From positions 1 through 45,602 of the forward strand of contig JBLNEL010000119.1 in the NCBI GenBank assembly GCA_050262615.1: a stretch of DNA of 45,602 bases, in the 5' to 3' direction. Source of the DNA: Bacillota bacterium (GTDB taxonomy: Bacteria > Bacteroidota > Ignavibacteria > Ignavibacteriales > SURF-24). Below are positions 10,087 to 19,302 of the stretch, one piece after another (position 1 is the first letter of the stretch; every line of letters begins with the position of its first letter). The translations under genes were made by a program, and so were the position numbers. The notes beneath the pieces are model-generated. The model saw nothing but the letters and a program-made list of their open reading frames with translations. It searched no databases and was not told where the DNA came from.

Positions 10087-10950
10087 TTACTTAACCAGCA
10101 TCATTTTTTTCATCATCGAATAACTTCCGGCTTTAAGCTCATAAATATATAATCCGCTCGGAAGATTACTGCCGCTGAAACTAACCCTGTAGCTTCCGGC
10201 AGGCTTCTGTTCGTTTATAAGTGTGGAAACTATGTTGCCTAGAACATCATATACTTTTAGCGAAACAAAACTGTTCTGTGGTATTGTGAAACTTATGTTT
10301 GTAGAAGGATTGAACGGATTCGGATAGTTCTGCTCAAGTACATAGTCAGTTAAATTTGATTCTGTCTTAACAGAGGTGGCAGCAGTGCCTGAGAGCGAAA
10401 GATCATCAATCAGGAAACTGGAACCTACATGCCAGTTATTACCTTGTGTTGGACCAACAATCTGCACCTGCAGTACACATTTATCAGGCACATCATTTGT
10501 TAAATATACAAAAGGCAGATCAAACTTTGTGTAACTGTTTGCACTAACACTTATAGCTGCTGCTGCAACAGCAATACCGCTGTCCCCTTTAAATAAACCA
10601 AAGTTCAAACCAAGCCGGTCACCGCTTATGGAGTTGAATTGGTAATATCCGCTTATTCTTGCATAACGCTGACTTACAGCAAAGCCTTTGGCATCTTTAC
10701 CTGTCTGGATTATTGGCTGCATAGGACCAACCATCGTGGAGACTACTTCTCCTTTCAAAGCATACTGCCCTGAGTGCGCAGTAGCCGAACGTGTTACATT
10801 TGTAAAAAGCTGCGTAGCATTGCTTGTCCACCATTGGTCAGGTTCACCGTTTGTCCAGTTTTCAAACCCGGCATTAGGTATCTGCGCCTTTACAGTTGTT
10901 GAGATAACAATTATTCCCAGAAAGCATAATTGTAGAATTTTCTTTTTCAT
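10087..10950 (-). CDS. T9SS-secreted protein with a putative carbohydrate-binding jelly-roll domain (PCMD/CBM-like)
   Basis: Start moved to MKKKILQ at 10950 (GGAG upstream); signal peptide ending VKAQ; QIPNAGFENW...AHSGQYAL...IDDLSLSG; [14 protein letters not shown]...KKMMLVK. Confidence 0.8.
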   Translation of the reverse strand: MKKKILQLCFLGIIVISTTVKAQIPNAGFENWTNGEPDQWWTSNATQLFTNVTRSATAHSGQYALKGEVVSTMVGPMQPIIQTGKDAKGFAVSQRYARISGYYQFNSISGDRLGLNFGLFKGDSGIAVAAAAISVSANSYTKFDLPFVYLTNDVPDKCVLQVQIVGPTQGNNWHVGSSFLIDDLSLSGTAATSVKTESNLTDYVLEQNYPNPFNPSTNISFTIPQNSFVSLKVYDVLGNIVSTLINEQKPAGSYRVSFSGSNLPSGLYIYELKAGSYSMMKKMMLVK

Positions 10951-11171
10951 CGGCTTCTCCTTTTTTTCTATGGTTGTTTGCAAATATTTTTTTACGGAAA
11001 TTTTTATACGAGTATTAAAAAGGAAAAGAAAAACTGAATTTATCGGATGATATTCACAATGAAGCAGGATAGTTTTTCATTTTATCTTAAGATGTGCAGA
11101 AATATGCTTCGGAACATATGCATGCTGTAAAGTTAATATTTTCTTTAAGTTATATCAAGCATACATATCAA

Positions 11172-11238
11172 CAGCCGCTGCATAAAAGGATCAATCGATA
11201 ACTTTTTCATTATCCTGAAGCCTTTTTTACAGCGGCTG
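11172..11238. other. Long imperfect hairpin (18-bp outer stem, 16/18 matches, plus inner stem)
   Basis: CAGCCGCTGCATAAAAGG ... CCTTTTTTACAGCGGCTG with an inner GATAA/TTATC pairing; lies between two co-oriented T9SS cargo genes. Confidence 0.65.
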
Positions 11239-11312
11239 CTTATTTTGGGGGGATTATTTAATCATCAGTATAACTTCAGAATTACTTTATACCTGATTTT
11301 TTTATACCTGAA

Positions 11313-13190
11313 TTACTTCAGCAATACCATTTTCTGCGAAATATCTCTTCCGCCGGCGCTTAGCCTGTAGAGATAAACTCCGCTGCTTAAGCTCTTGCCG
11401 TCAAATATCACATTATATCTGCCTGCATCCTTGTACTCGTTTACAAGCGTGGCTACTTCCTGCCCGATCGTATTGTAGACTTTTAGAGTAACTATGCCGG
11501 CTATAGGTACCTGATAATTAATTGTAGTTACCGGGTTAAAAGGATTCGGATAGTTTTGTGATAACTCATAATCACTAATCACTGACCTGATATCACTTAC
11601 ATCTGTAAGCGTAAGCGGATTTATGATCAGATTTATATTCTGTGTCTCGCTTCCACTGTAATTTATTGTTACATCAGCCTTACTGCTGCTGCTGTAATCA
11701 ACCTTGTCTGCCCATACTGTATATGTCCCCGGAGCCAAAAACGGCATTGAATAGTTTCCTTGGGCATCTGTGAAAGTATACCCCGTCAGATTCCGGTTTT
11801 CATCAGTAAAATAAATCAGGGCTCCGCTTATAGCTGCACCGCTATTTGTTTTTATTGAACCTGCAACTGTGGCAAAACCGCTGTCAGGTACAGGATGTAC
11901 CACAAAATTAATGTTTGTAATTGGTGAATTCTGGGTCACATTAAGTGAATCGGCATTCCTCCAGTTAAGAGTTTCCACACTGTCTGCCCTGTAGAATGTA
12001 GGCAGATATCCTCTTACCGGCATTGCTAGTAGTATATACTTGCCTGGCTCAAGATTACTTATTGTATAGTTGCCTGCTGAATCTGTCATTACTGAAGTGC
12101 TTCTCCGTGCAGCCTGATTTTCCCTGAGCCTGAATGCCGTTATATTAGCAGGCATACCCGTGGCCGTTCCCAGACTATCCAGGCTCACTACACGCCCGCT
12201 TATTGAATTCGCGTATAACGGCCTTGCACGAAGCGTAAAGTTAATACCTGTTGTATCTCCTCGTAAAAGTATTTTGTCTGCTTCTAAAATATCTCGCTTG
12301 TTATTGTAAAACTGAGGCTGGTACTGATTACCAACAGGCTGTGCATGTATGATAACCGAATCACCCTGCCTGAGTTTTATTGTATAACGCCCAAGACTGT
12401 CTGTAAGGGCATTCCTGAAATTATGCTCAAAATACCTGTGATGAAGTATAAGCGCACGTACTCTTGCCATTACGGGTTTGCCCGAGGAGTCTGTTACAGC
12501 TCCGCTTAAATTTACCTGCTTTTCAGGACCAAAAGAAAATAATGAAACATTGATATTTGTAAGTGAATCGCCTGACTTCAGGTTTATCTTTGCTGCCGAT
12601 CCTATCCGCTGTGCATTGTTGTAATAAACCGTCCTGTACCTTGAGAGACTGAATTGTACGACGTATGTACCCGGAACTACACGGGCTGAATACCGTCCGT
12701 TCGAGTCTGTCCTTGCTTCAGAGAAATGATATCCCTGCAGCGGAATAATTAAAACAGTCACTCGCCTTAATGGACTGCCTGTAAGTGAATCTTTTACCGT
12801 CCCGCCTACAAATGCCGGCGCCGGTGCATTAGGCAGTGTAACTGAAACAGTGTCCGAATGTGTACTTTCTCTCCTTGAGCTGTCTATGGCAGTTACAAAG
12901 TAGGAATACCTCTTTCCCAGACTTACAAACCTGTCCAGATAGGTGCTCCTTTCCAATAGAAAAAACTGCCTTATGAACTTTCCTGAATCACTTCCTGTCC
13001 TCTTATAAACCATATAACGCGTCGTGTTGTTCTGCGCACTGGCTGAATCCCAGCTTAACCTTACTGAAATGTAATGCCCTGTAGTATCTATCTTTGCACT
13101 CAGATTCTTCGGTGCTCCTGGCTGCGCATATACTGAACTGATAATAAAGCCGGTCAAAATATATAATATTAGTACGAGCCTTCTTCTCAT
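11313..13190 (-). CDS. T9SS-secreted multidomain surface protein (FN3-like domain plus four carboxypeptidase-regulatory-like/Cna-B domains)
   Basis: Likely start MRRRLVL at 13190 (AGGAGG 8 nt upstream); FN3-like PGAPKNL...YSYFVTAID; repeats GTVKDS, GAVTDS, GRVVS and GSIKT each followed by TD-x-x-G-x-Y; [14 protein letters not shown]...QKMVLLK. Confidence 0.85.
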   Translation of the reverse strand: MRRRLVLILYILTGFIISSVYAQPGAPKNLSAKIDTTGHYISVRLSWDSASAQNNTTRYMVYKRTGSDSGKFIRQFFLLERSTYLDRFVSLGKRYSYFVTAIDSSRRESTHSDTVSVTLPNAPAPAFVGGTVKDSLTGSPLRRVTVLIIPLQGYHFSEARTDSNGRYSARVVPGTYVVQFSLSRYRTVYYNNAQRIGSAAKINLKSGDSLTNINVSLFSFGPEKQVNLSGAVTDSSGKPVMARVRALILHHRYFEHNFRNALTDSLGRYTIKLRQGDSVIIHAQPVGNQYQPQFYNNKRDILEADKILLRGDTTGINFTLRARPLYANSISGRVVSLDSLGTATGMPANITAFRLRENQAARRSTSVMTDSAGNYTISNLEPGKYILLAMPVRGYLPTFYRADSVETLNWRNADSLNVTQNSPITNINFVVHPVPDSGFATVAGSIKTNSGAAISGALIYFTDENRNLTGYTFTDAQGNYSMPFLAPGTYTVWADKVDYSSSSKADVTINYSGSETQNINLIINPLTLTDVSDIRSVISDYELSQNYPNPFNPVTTINYQVPIAGIVTLKVYNTIGQEVATLVNEYKDAGRYNVIFDGKSLSSGVYLYRLSAGGRDISQKMVLLK

Positions 13191-13608
13191 TTTCATCTCC
13201 TCCTTTTTTCTCTTTCTCTGCCTGATTTTTTCCTTTAAGCTGTTTTTATGCAAAATATCTTTCAGCATAATATTTCTGAGTAAGATAAAAGTCTCAGTAA
13301 AATATTTCTCATTAAAATAAAAGCCTCAGCAAGTTTAATTTATTTATTCCCTTTTTAGAGTCAATTTATTAATTCAGTTGGTCCTGTATTAAGGAAAGAA
13401 GTAGATTCTCATTTATCTTAAATTTCCTTTTCTTGGCTATTAATCAGACTATTCAGGTCTCTGTTTTTTACCTCTCCGGTATATTGGTATTGAAAGATGA
13501 AAATATTTTGGTAAAATTGAATTTACGGCGACTTTTCAGATGCCGTGCGTATATAAACTGATTCCGGTCCATTTTAATTATTTGAATATTAAAACAAAGA
13601 CAGAAGTT

Positions 13609-14073
13609 ATGAAAGTTGGAATAGCTGCCGATCATGGAGGATTTGAACTAAAAGAAAAACTCTCCGAACTTTTGAAGTCCTCAGGCTATACTGTCGTAGA
13701 TTACGGTGCCTATAGCCTTGAGGACCAGGATGATTATCCCGATTTTGTTATCCCTCTTGCAAAAGCAGTCGCAGCCGGACAAATGGAACGGGGAATTGCA
13801 GTTTGCGGTAGCGGCGTTGGAGCAAGTATTGTTGCCAATAAAATACCGGGCGCCAGAGCAGCACTTGTTACTGACATATTTTCGGCACACCAGGGAGTCG
13901 AGGATGATAATATGAATATTATCTGCTTCGGCGGACGCGTCAGCGGTCCGTCTCTTGTTTGGGAACTTACTCAAACTTTCCTTAGCGCTCACTTTAGCGG
14001 CGCCGAACGCCATCAGCGGCGGCTTTCAAAAGTACTGTCGTTGGAAAAAAATATTAATATTAAAAATGAATAA
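13609..14073 (+). CDS. rpiB: Ribose-5-phosphate isomerase B
   Basis: Start at MKVGIAADHGG (13609); DDYPD, CGSGVG, ANKIPG and RHQRR motifs. Confidence 0.93.
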   Translation: MKVGIAADHGGFELKEKLSELLKSSGYTVVDYGAYSLEDQDDYPDFVIPLAKAVAAGQMERGIAVCGSGVGASIVANKIPGARAALVTDIFSAHQGVEDDNMNIICFGGRVSGPSLVWELTQTFLSAHFSGAERHQRRLSKVLSLEKNINIKNE

Positions 14074-14101
14074 TAAAGATAAATAATAAAGATGAATAAT
14101 A
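14066..14101 (+). repeat. 13-bp tandem repeat (ATRAATAATAAAG, about 2.8 copies) spanning the rpiB stop codon
   Basis: ATGAATAATAAAG ATAAATAATAAAG ATGAATAATA. Confidence 0.75.
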
Positions 14102-14144
14102 GTCAGATCGTCGACAAAACGAATAGTGGAAGGAGCAATGCAAG

Positions 14145-15281
14145 ATGGATAACCCTTTATTGAAAATTAAACAATATGGACAGAGCATTTGGATGGATTT
14201 TATCGGAAGAAGTACTATTACTTCAGGTGAGCTTAAACGGCTTATTCTCGAGGATGGAATCTGCGGAATTACATCAAACCCGGATATCTTCGAAAAAGCA
14301 ATCCTTGAATCACATGATTATGATGATGCTATCGATCAGCTCGTAATGCAGGATAAATCTAAGGCCGAAATATATGATATACTTACTATCGAGGATATTC
14401 AGAAGGCCGCAGATATCCTGCTTCCGGTCTATGAACAGACAAGACAGACCGATGGCTATGTGAGCCTTGAGGTCTCACCTCATATGGCATTCGATACAAG
14501 CTCAACTATTAAAGAAGCACGCAGACTCTGGAAAGCAGTTAATAAACCTAACCTGATGATAAAAGTCCCCGGCGTAAAAGAGGGCATACCTGCTGTCGAA
14601 AAACTGATAAGTGAAGGAATAAACGTGAATATCACCCTCCTTTTTGACCTCGACCGTTATCAGGATATTGCTGAAGCTTATATCTCCGCTCTGGAATACC
14701 GCCTCGATAAAAATAAACATATCGATATGATTGTATCTGTGGCAAGCTTTTTCTTAAGCCGCATTGATACACTGGCTGATCAGAAACTTCAGGAAGTAAT
14801 TAAACAAAAACCTGAACTGGCTGATAAGGCAAGAAGCCTTATTGGACAGGTGGCCATAGCTTCTGCAAAAACTGCATATAAAATGTATAAAACAATGTTC
14901 TTTAGCGACCGCTTCAAGGAAATTGAAAAAAATTGGGGACGCAGACAAAGACTCCTCTGGGCCAGCACTAGCACTAAGGATCCTGCATATAGTGATGTGA
15001 AATATGTCGAAGCTCTTATCGGCCCCGATACAATTAATACACTCCCCCTGAAGACAATTAAAGCCTACCGCGACCATGGCAACCCTGCCGAGAGAATTGA
15101 AGAGGGACTGGCTGAGGCCGTTAATACATTATCTGCTTTAAAAGAAGTTGGAGTTAACCTTAAAGATATTACTAAACAGCTGGAAAAAGAGGCAGTCGAA
15201 AAATTCATAAAACCATATGACAAACTCTTAAATACAATAGACAGTAAGATCAGGGAGGTCCAGGTAAAACACCATGAATAA
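14145..15281 (+). CDS. tal: Transaldolase (long type, as in Tal-Pgi N-terminal domains)
   Basis: GQSIWMD, GITSNPDIF, DGYVSLEVSP, Schiff-base Lys in NLMIKVPG, NITLLF, VASFFLSRID, LWASTSTK. Confidence 0.95.
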   Translation: MDNPLLKIKQYGQSIWMDFIGRSTITSGELKRLILEDGICGITSNPDIFEKAILESHDYDDAIDQLVMQDKSKAEIYDILTIEDIQKAADILLPVYEQTRQTDGYVSLEVSPHMAFDTSSTIKEARRLWKAVNKPNLMIKVPGVKEGIPAVEKLISEGINVNITLLFDLDRYQDIAEAYISALEYRLDKNKHIDMIVSVASFFLSRIDTLADQKLQEVIKQKPELADKARSLIGQVAIASAKTAYKMYKTMFFSDRFKEIEKNWGRRQRLLWASTSTKDPAYSDVKYVEALIGPDTINTLPLKTIKAYRDHGNPAERIEEGLAEAVNTLSALKEVGVNLKDITKQLEKEAVEKFIKPYDKLLNTIDSKIREVQVKHHE

Positions 15282-15311
15282 ATGCTGATTGCCTGTACAG
15301 GCAGCAGATGA

Positions 15312-15381
15312 CTTTACCTATAGTCGCCTTTACCTAAAGCAGCTTTACCTATAGTCGGCTTTACCTATAGTCGGCTTTACC
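15312..15381 (+). repeat. 16-bp tandem repeat CTTTACCTATAGTCGG (4 units plus a partial) between tal and gnd
   Basis: Units at 15312, 15328 (degenerate, 15 bp), 15343, 15359 and a partial at 15375; preceded by the 14-bp palindrome TGCCTGTACAGGCA (15290-15303). Confidence 0.92.
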
Positions 15382-15405
15382 AAAAACAAAGGAGGGTAAT
15401 AAAAA

Positions 15406-16836
15406 TTGGAAAGTTCTGAATATGATATTGGAATGATTGGCCTTGGCACCATGGGACGCAATCTTGTGCTTAACATTGGCGATAAAGGCTTTTCTGCTGT
15501 TGGTTATGACAGGGATATGGCGAAAGTAGACCTGCTTAGGTCTGAAACTGAAAATAGAAAAATACGTTCAGTGAATTCTATCGATGAGCTATTAAAATTA
15601 CTTAAAAAGCCGCGCATTATTATGATGCTTGTTCCTGCCGGAGCACCGGTAGATGCAGTTATTGCTGATATAATTCCCTTCCTTGAAAAAGGTGATATTA
15701 TAATTGACGGCGGCAACTCCCATTTTACTGATACCGATAGACGCACAACCGACCTTTTGAAAAAAGATATATTTTTCCTCGGCACTGGCGTATCCGGCGG
15801 TGAAAAAGGTGCCAGGTTCGGCCCCAGTATTATGCCGGGTGGTCCTGAAGACGGATATAATAAAGTAAAAACCATTTTCGAAGCAATTGCAGCAAAAGCT
15901 GATGGCCAGCCTTGCGTGGCTTATCTTGGCCCCGGTTCTGCTGGCCATTACGTTAAAATGGTGCATAACGGGATAGAATATGCCGTTATTCAGCTTATTG
16001 CCGAAAGCTACCACCTCTTAAAACAGGGATTGGGCCTCAATGAGGATCAGCTTCATCAAGTCTACAGAAATTGGAACCAGCAGCTGCAGTCATTTCTTTT
16101 TGAGATCACTTCAGAAATTTTCCTTAAAAATGACGAAAATTCAGATAAACGACTTATTAACCTCATAAAAGACAGCGCTAAACAGAAGGGTACCGGAAAA
16201 TGGACATCCCAGGACGCTATGGAACTGCAGGTGCCGGTTCCAACAATTGATGCTGCTGTGATAATGAGAGATCTTTCGGCTGATAAAGAGTTCAGACAGG
16301 CTATCGCTCAAAAAACAAATGCCTCTTCAGATAATATGCTTAACTCTCCCGGCAAACTTAATACAGACAAAGATCTTTTTATAGATAAACTCGGCAATGC
16401 GCTTTTATTTGCTATGATTACTGCTTACGCCCAGGGACTCGAACTGCTCAAGGCAGCCTCTGATACTTATAAGTATCAGCTTCATCTTGATACTGTTGCT
16501 TTAATCTGGCGCAGCGGCTGCATAATAAGAGCTGGTATTCTGAAGGATATCTACACTGCCTTTAATAACAATAACAACTTAAGAAACCTCCTGCTCGATG
16601 AGAGTTTCGCCGGAATACTGAACGAAAAACAAAATGACCTTCGTGAAATAATTAAAAGTGCAATTGATATCAAAATTCCTGTCCCTGCACTTTCGGCATC
16701 TCTGTCATATTTCGATGCCTACAGGAGTAATTGGCTTCCGGCTAACCTTGTGCAGGCTCAAAGGGATTACTTCGGATCACATACTTATGAACGGATCGAT
16801 AAGCAGGGAATTTTCCATACTGAATGGGGAAAATAA
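15406..16836 (+). CDS. gnd: 6-phosphogluconate dehydrogenase, decarboxylating (long-chain GndA type)
   Basis: TTG start with GGAGG upstream; GLGTMG, IIDGGN, GVSGGEKGA, VKMVHNGIEY, QKGTGKWT, QAQRDYFGSHTY. Confidence 0.96.
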   Translation: MESSEYDIGMIGLGTMGRNLVLNIGDKGFSAVGYDRDMAKVDLLRSETENRKIRSVNSIDELLKLLKKPRIIMMLVPAGAPVDAVIADIIPFLEKGDIIIDGGNSHFTDTDRRTTDLLKKDIFFLGTGVSGGEKGARFGPSIMPGGPEDGYNKVKTIFEAIAAKADGQPCVAYLGPGSAGHYVKMVHNGIEYAVIQLIAESYHLLKQGLGLNEDQLHQVYRNWNQQLQSFLFEITSEIFLKNDENSDKRLINLIKDSAKQKGTGKWTSQDAMELQVPVPTIDAAVIMRDLSADKEFRQAIAQKTNASSDNMLNSPGKLNTDKDLFIDKLGNALLFAMITAYAQGLELLKAASDTYKYQLHLDTVALIWRSGCIIRAGILKDIYTAFNNNNNLRNLLLDESFAGILNEKQNDLREIIKSAIDIKIPVPALSASLSYFDAYRSNWLPANLVQAQRDYFGSHTYERIDKQGIFHTEWGK

Positions 16837-16842
16837 AATACT

Positions 16843-18375
16843 ATGGAATCAGCCAGAAGACCAGATACAACTGTAGTAACCATCTTTGGTGCCGGCGGCG
16901 ACCTTTCATGGCGTAAGATTATCCCGGCTCTTTTTAACCTATATCTTGAAAATCTGATGCCTGAAAATTTTGCAATTCTCGGACTCGATATTAAAGATAT
17001 CAAAGACGATGATTTCCGGAATCATCTTCTTGAGGGCGTAAATAAATTTTCAAGACGCGGCAGGGCAGACCCGGAACAGTGGAAAAAGTTCTCTTCTGCA
17101 ATTTCTTACAGGAAAGCTGATTTTACAAATAAAGACTGCTATAAAGGACTGGCTTCGGAATTTTCCCAGCTCGAGGAAAAATGGAAGGCTAAGACTAACA
17201 GGATTTTTTACCTGGCTGTTCCACCCGGATTCTTTGAAACTATTTCTCAGAATATCGGCAATATACATCTATCCAATAATGAGGAAAGCTGTACGAGAAT
17301 TGTAATTGAAAAACCCTTTGGCCATGACTATGATAGCGCCTGTGAGTTAAATACTACATTAAAAAAAGTATTTAAGGAATCACAGATCTACAGAATAGAT
17401 CACTTCTTAGGCAAGGAAACTGTTCAGAATATTCTGGCCTTCAGGTTCGCTAATGCTCTGTTCGAACCTCTCTGGAACCGCAACTACATTGACCATGTGC
17501 AGATTACAGTGGCCGAACAGCTTGGAGTTGAACACCGCGGCAGCTATTATGAACATGCAGGCGCTCTGAGAGATATGATTCAAAACCATATTCTGCAGCT
17601 GCTCTGCTTAATTGCTATGGAACCGCCTGTATCATTTGATTCTGATGAGATAAGAAATCGCAAGGTCGACGTACTCCATGCAATTAGAAAATACTCAAGA
17701 GAGGAAGTCCACCGCTATGCTGTAAGAGGCCAGTATGGACCAGGATGGGTTGAGGGAAAACATGTTAACGGCTACCGTGAAGAAACTGGAGTCTCTCCTG
17801 ACTCATCAACTGAAACTTACGCGGCTTTGAAGTTTTTTATAGATAACTGGCGCTGGCAGAATGTCCCGTTTTACGTTAGGACCGGAAAAAGAATGGCTGA
17901 ATCAACTTCGCTTATTACCGTACAGTTCAGACCCGTTCCACACCAGACCTTCCCGGCTGAGGCAATTGAAAACTGGCACCCGAACCGCCTTATCTTAGGC
18001 ATACAGCCTCATAAGGGCATAAGACTAAGAATCCAGTCAAAACTGCCTGGACTTCAGATGGTCTTAGGTCAGGTCGATATGATCTTCGACTATAGTAATG
18101 CCTATAAAAAACAGCCGCCTGAAGCATATGAAACCCTTCTGCTCGATGTAATGCTTGGTGACCCTACACTTTTTATGCGCTCTGATCAGATTGAAGCTGC
18201 ATGGAATTTACTTATGCCTGTCATTAATTTGTGGAATAAAACTATTCCGGTCGATTTCCCTGATTATGCTGCAGGCTCCTGGGGCCCTGAAGAAGCTGAG
18301 GCCTTAATTGCCCGCGATGGCAATCATTGGATAATGCTTCCGATAAAAGATTCCGATAAAGATAATAAAACTTAA
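16843..18375 (+). CDS. zwf: Glucose-6-phosphate 1-dehydrogenase
   Basis: [48 protein letters not shown]. Confidence 0.96.
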   Translation: MESARRPDTTVVTIFGAGGDLSWRKIIPALFNLYLENLMPENFAILGLDIKDIKDDDFRNHLLEGVNKFSRRGRADPEQWKKFSSAISYRKADFTNKDCYKGLASEFSQLEEKWKAKTNRIFYLAVPPGFFETISQNIGNIHLSNNEESCTRIVIEKPFGHDYDSACELNTTLKKVFKESQIYRIDHFLGKETVQNILAFRFANALFEPLWNRNYIDHVQITVAEQLGVEHRGSYYEHAGALRDMIQNHILQLLCLIAMEPPVSFDSDEIRNRKVDVLHAIRKYSREEVHRYAVRGQYGPGWVEGKHVNGYREETGVSPDSSTETYAALKFFIDNWRWQNVPFYVRTGKRMAESTSLITVQFRPVPHQTFPAEAIENWHPNRLILGIQPHKGIRLRIQSKLPGLQMVLGQVDMIFDYSNAYKKQPPEAYETLLLDVMLGDPTLFMRSDQIEAAWNLLMPVINLWNKTIPVDFPDYAAGSWGPEEAEALIARDGNHWIMLPIKDSDKDNKT

Positions 18376-18402
18376 AAAAACTCTGTCAGAAACGAGAAAA
18401 AT

Positions 18403-19125
18403 TTGATAATCCAGGATTATAATTCAAAAAAAGAGCTTGCAATTGCTGCAGCCGGTCTGTTTGTTCAGCTTGCAAATGAAGCTGTTAGTAAAAAAGGCTA
18501 TTTTGCCGTAGCTCTCTCAGGCGGCAGTACTCCATTAGAAACCTACAAGATCCTTGCTGAACTTCCTTTTAGAAATAAACTCCCGTGGGACAAAACCTTC
18601 ATTTTCTGGGGGGATGAACGCTGCGTACCGCAAAATAGTAATCAGAATAATTCTCATATCGCCTTTGAAAACCTGCTTAACCATGTACCTGTTCCCCGTA
18701 ATAATATCTATCCCGTCCCTACTTCTTTTAGCCCTGAAAGATCAGCAGAAGTATATGAAGAAATACTAAGCAGCTTCTTTGCTGCACACCCTTATCCTTT
18801 GGACCTTATACTACTGGGACTTGGGGAAAACGGCCACACTGCTTCTTTATTTCCTCATACTCCTGTATTAAATGAAAAAAAAAGGCGCGTAAAGGAAGTA
18901 TATGTTTCAGAACTTAATATGTACCGTATAACTTTTACTGCCAGCTTTATTAATCAGGCCGAAAATGTAGCATTTTTAGTAAGCGGAAAGTCTAAAGCCG
19001 CAGTTTTTGCTCGGATCACCGGAGAAACTTATGATCCGGAACGCCTGCCGGCACAATTGATTAAGCCTGAAAGCGGACAGCTTTTCTGGCTTGTCGATAA
19101 GGAAGTGCTCATTAGTGCCGTTTAG
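18403..19125 (+). CDS. pgl: 6-phosphogluconolactonase (DevB type)
   Basis: TTG start; ALSGGSTP, FWGDERCVP, LGLGENGHTASLFP, RITFT, LPAQLI. Confidence 0.95.
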   Translation: MIIQDYNSKKELAIAAAGLFVQLANEAVSKKGYFAVALSGGSTPLETYKILAELPFRNKLPWDKTFIFWGDERCVPQNSNQNNSHIAFENLLNHVPVPRNNIYPVPTSFSPERSAEVYEEILSSFFAAHPYPLDLILLGLGENGHTASLFPHTPVLNEKKRRVKEVYVSELNMYRITFTASFINQAENVAFLVSGKSKAAVFARITGETYDPERLPAQLIKPESGQLFWLVDKEVLISAV

Positions 19126-19302
19126 CAACTGAAAATCGCGGACGTTTATCCTTGAAGTAATTAAGATTATTTAATAGACTAAAATAAGCAATAAGTTCTG
19201 TGGTGAATTTTGCTTCTGGGGATAATGGTACTTATATCACCTCATTGTATGCCGCATATATATATGATAAAGCTGTTCATTAAAATAAAGGAGACCTAAG
19301 TT

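Noticed and set aside
15312-15381. Tandem arrays here and at 22716 and 38046 considered as CRISPR or plasmid iterons
   Set aside because: Units are 12-16 bp and contiguous with no unique spacers; no cas or rep gene in the window.
17392-17418. Zwf RIDHFLGKE instead of RIDHYLGKE as a sign of inactivation
   Set aside because: Conservative change; the catalytic Asp, His and Lys residues and RDMIQNH are intact.
18875-18883. A9 run in pgl (also A8 at 8371-8378 in the kinase gene) as phase-variation tracts
   Set aside because: Frames are intact and such runs are common at this AT content.
19255-19266. CATATATATATG palindrome upstream of the baeRF gene
   Set aside because: Low-complexity (AT)5, too short to support an operator call.
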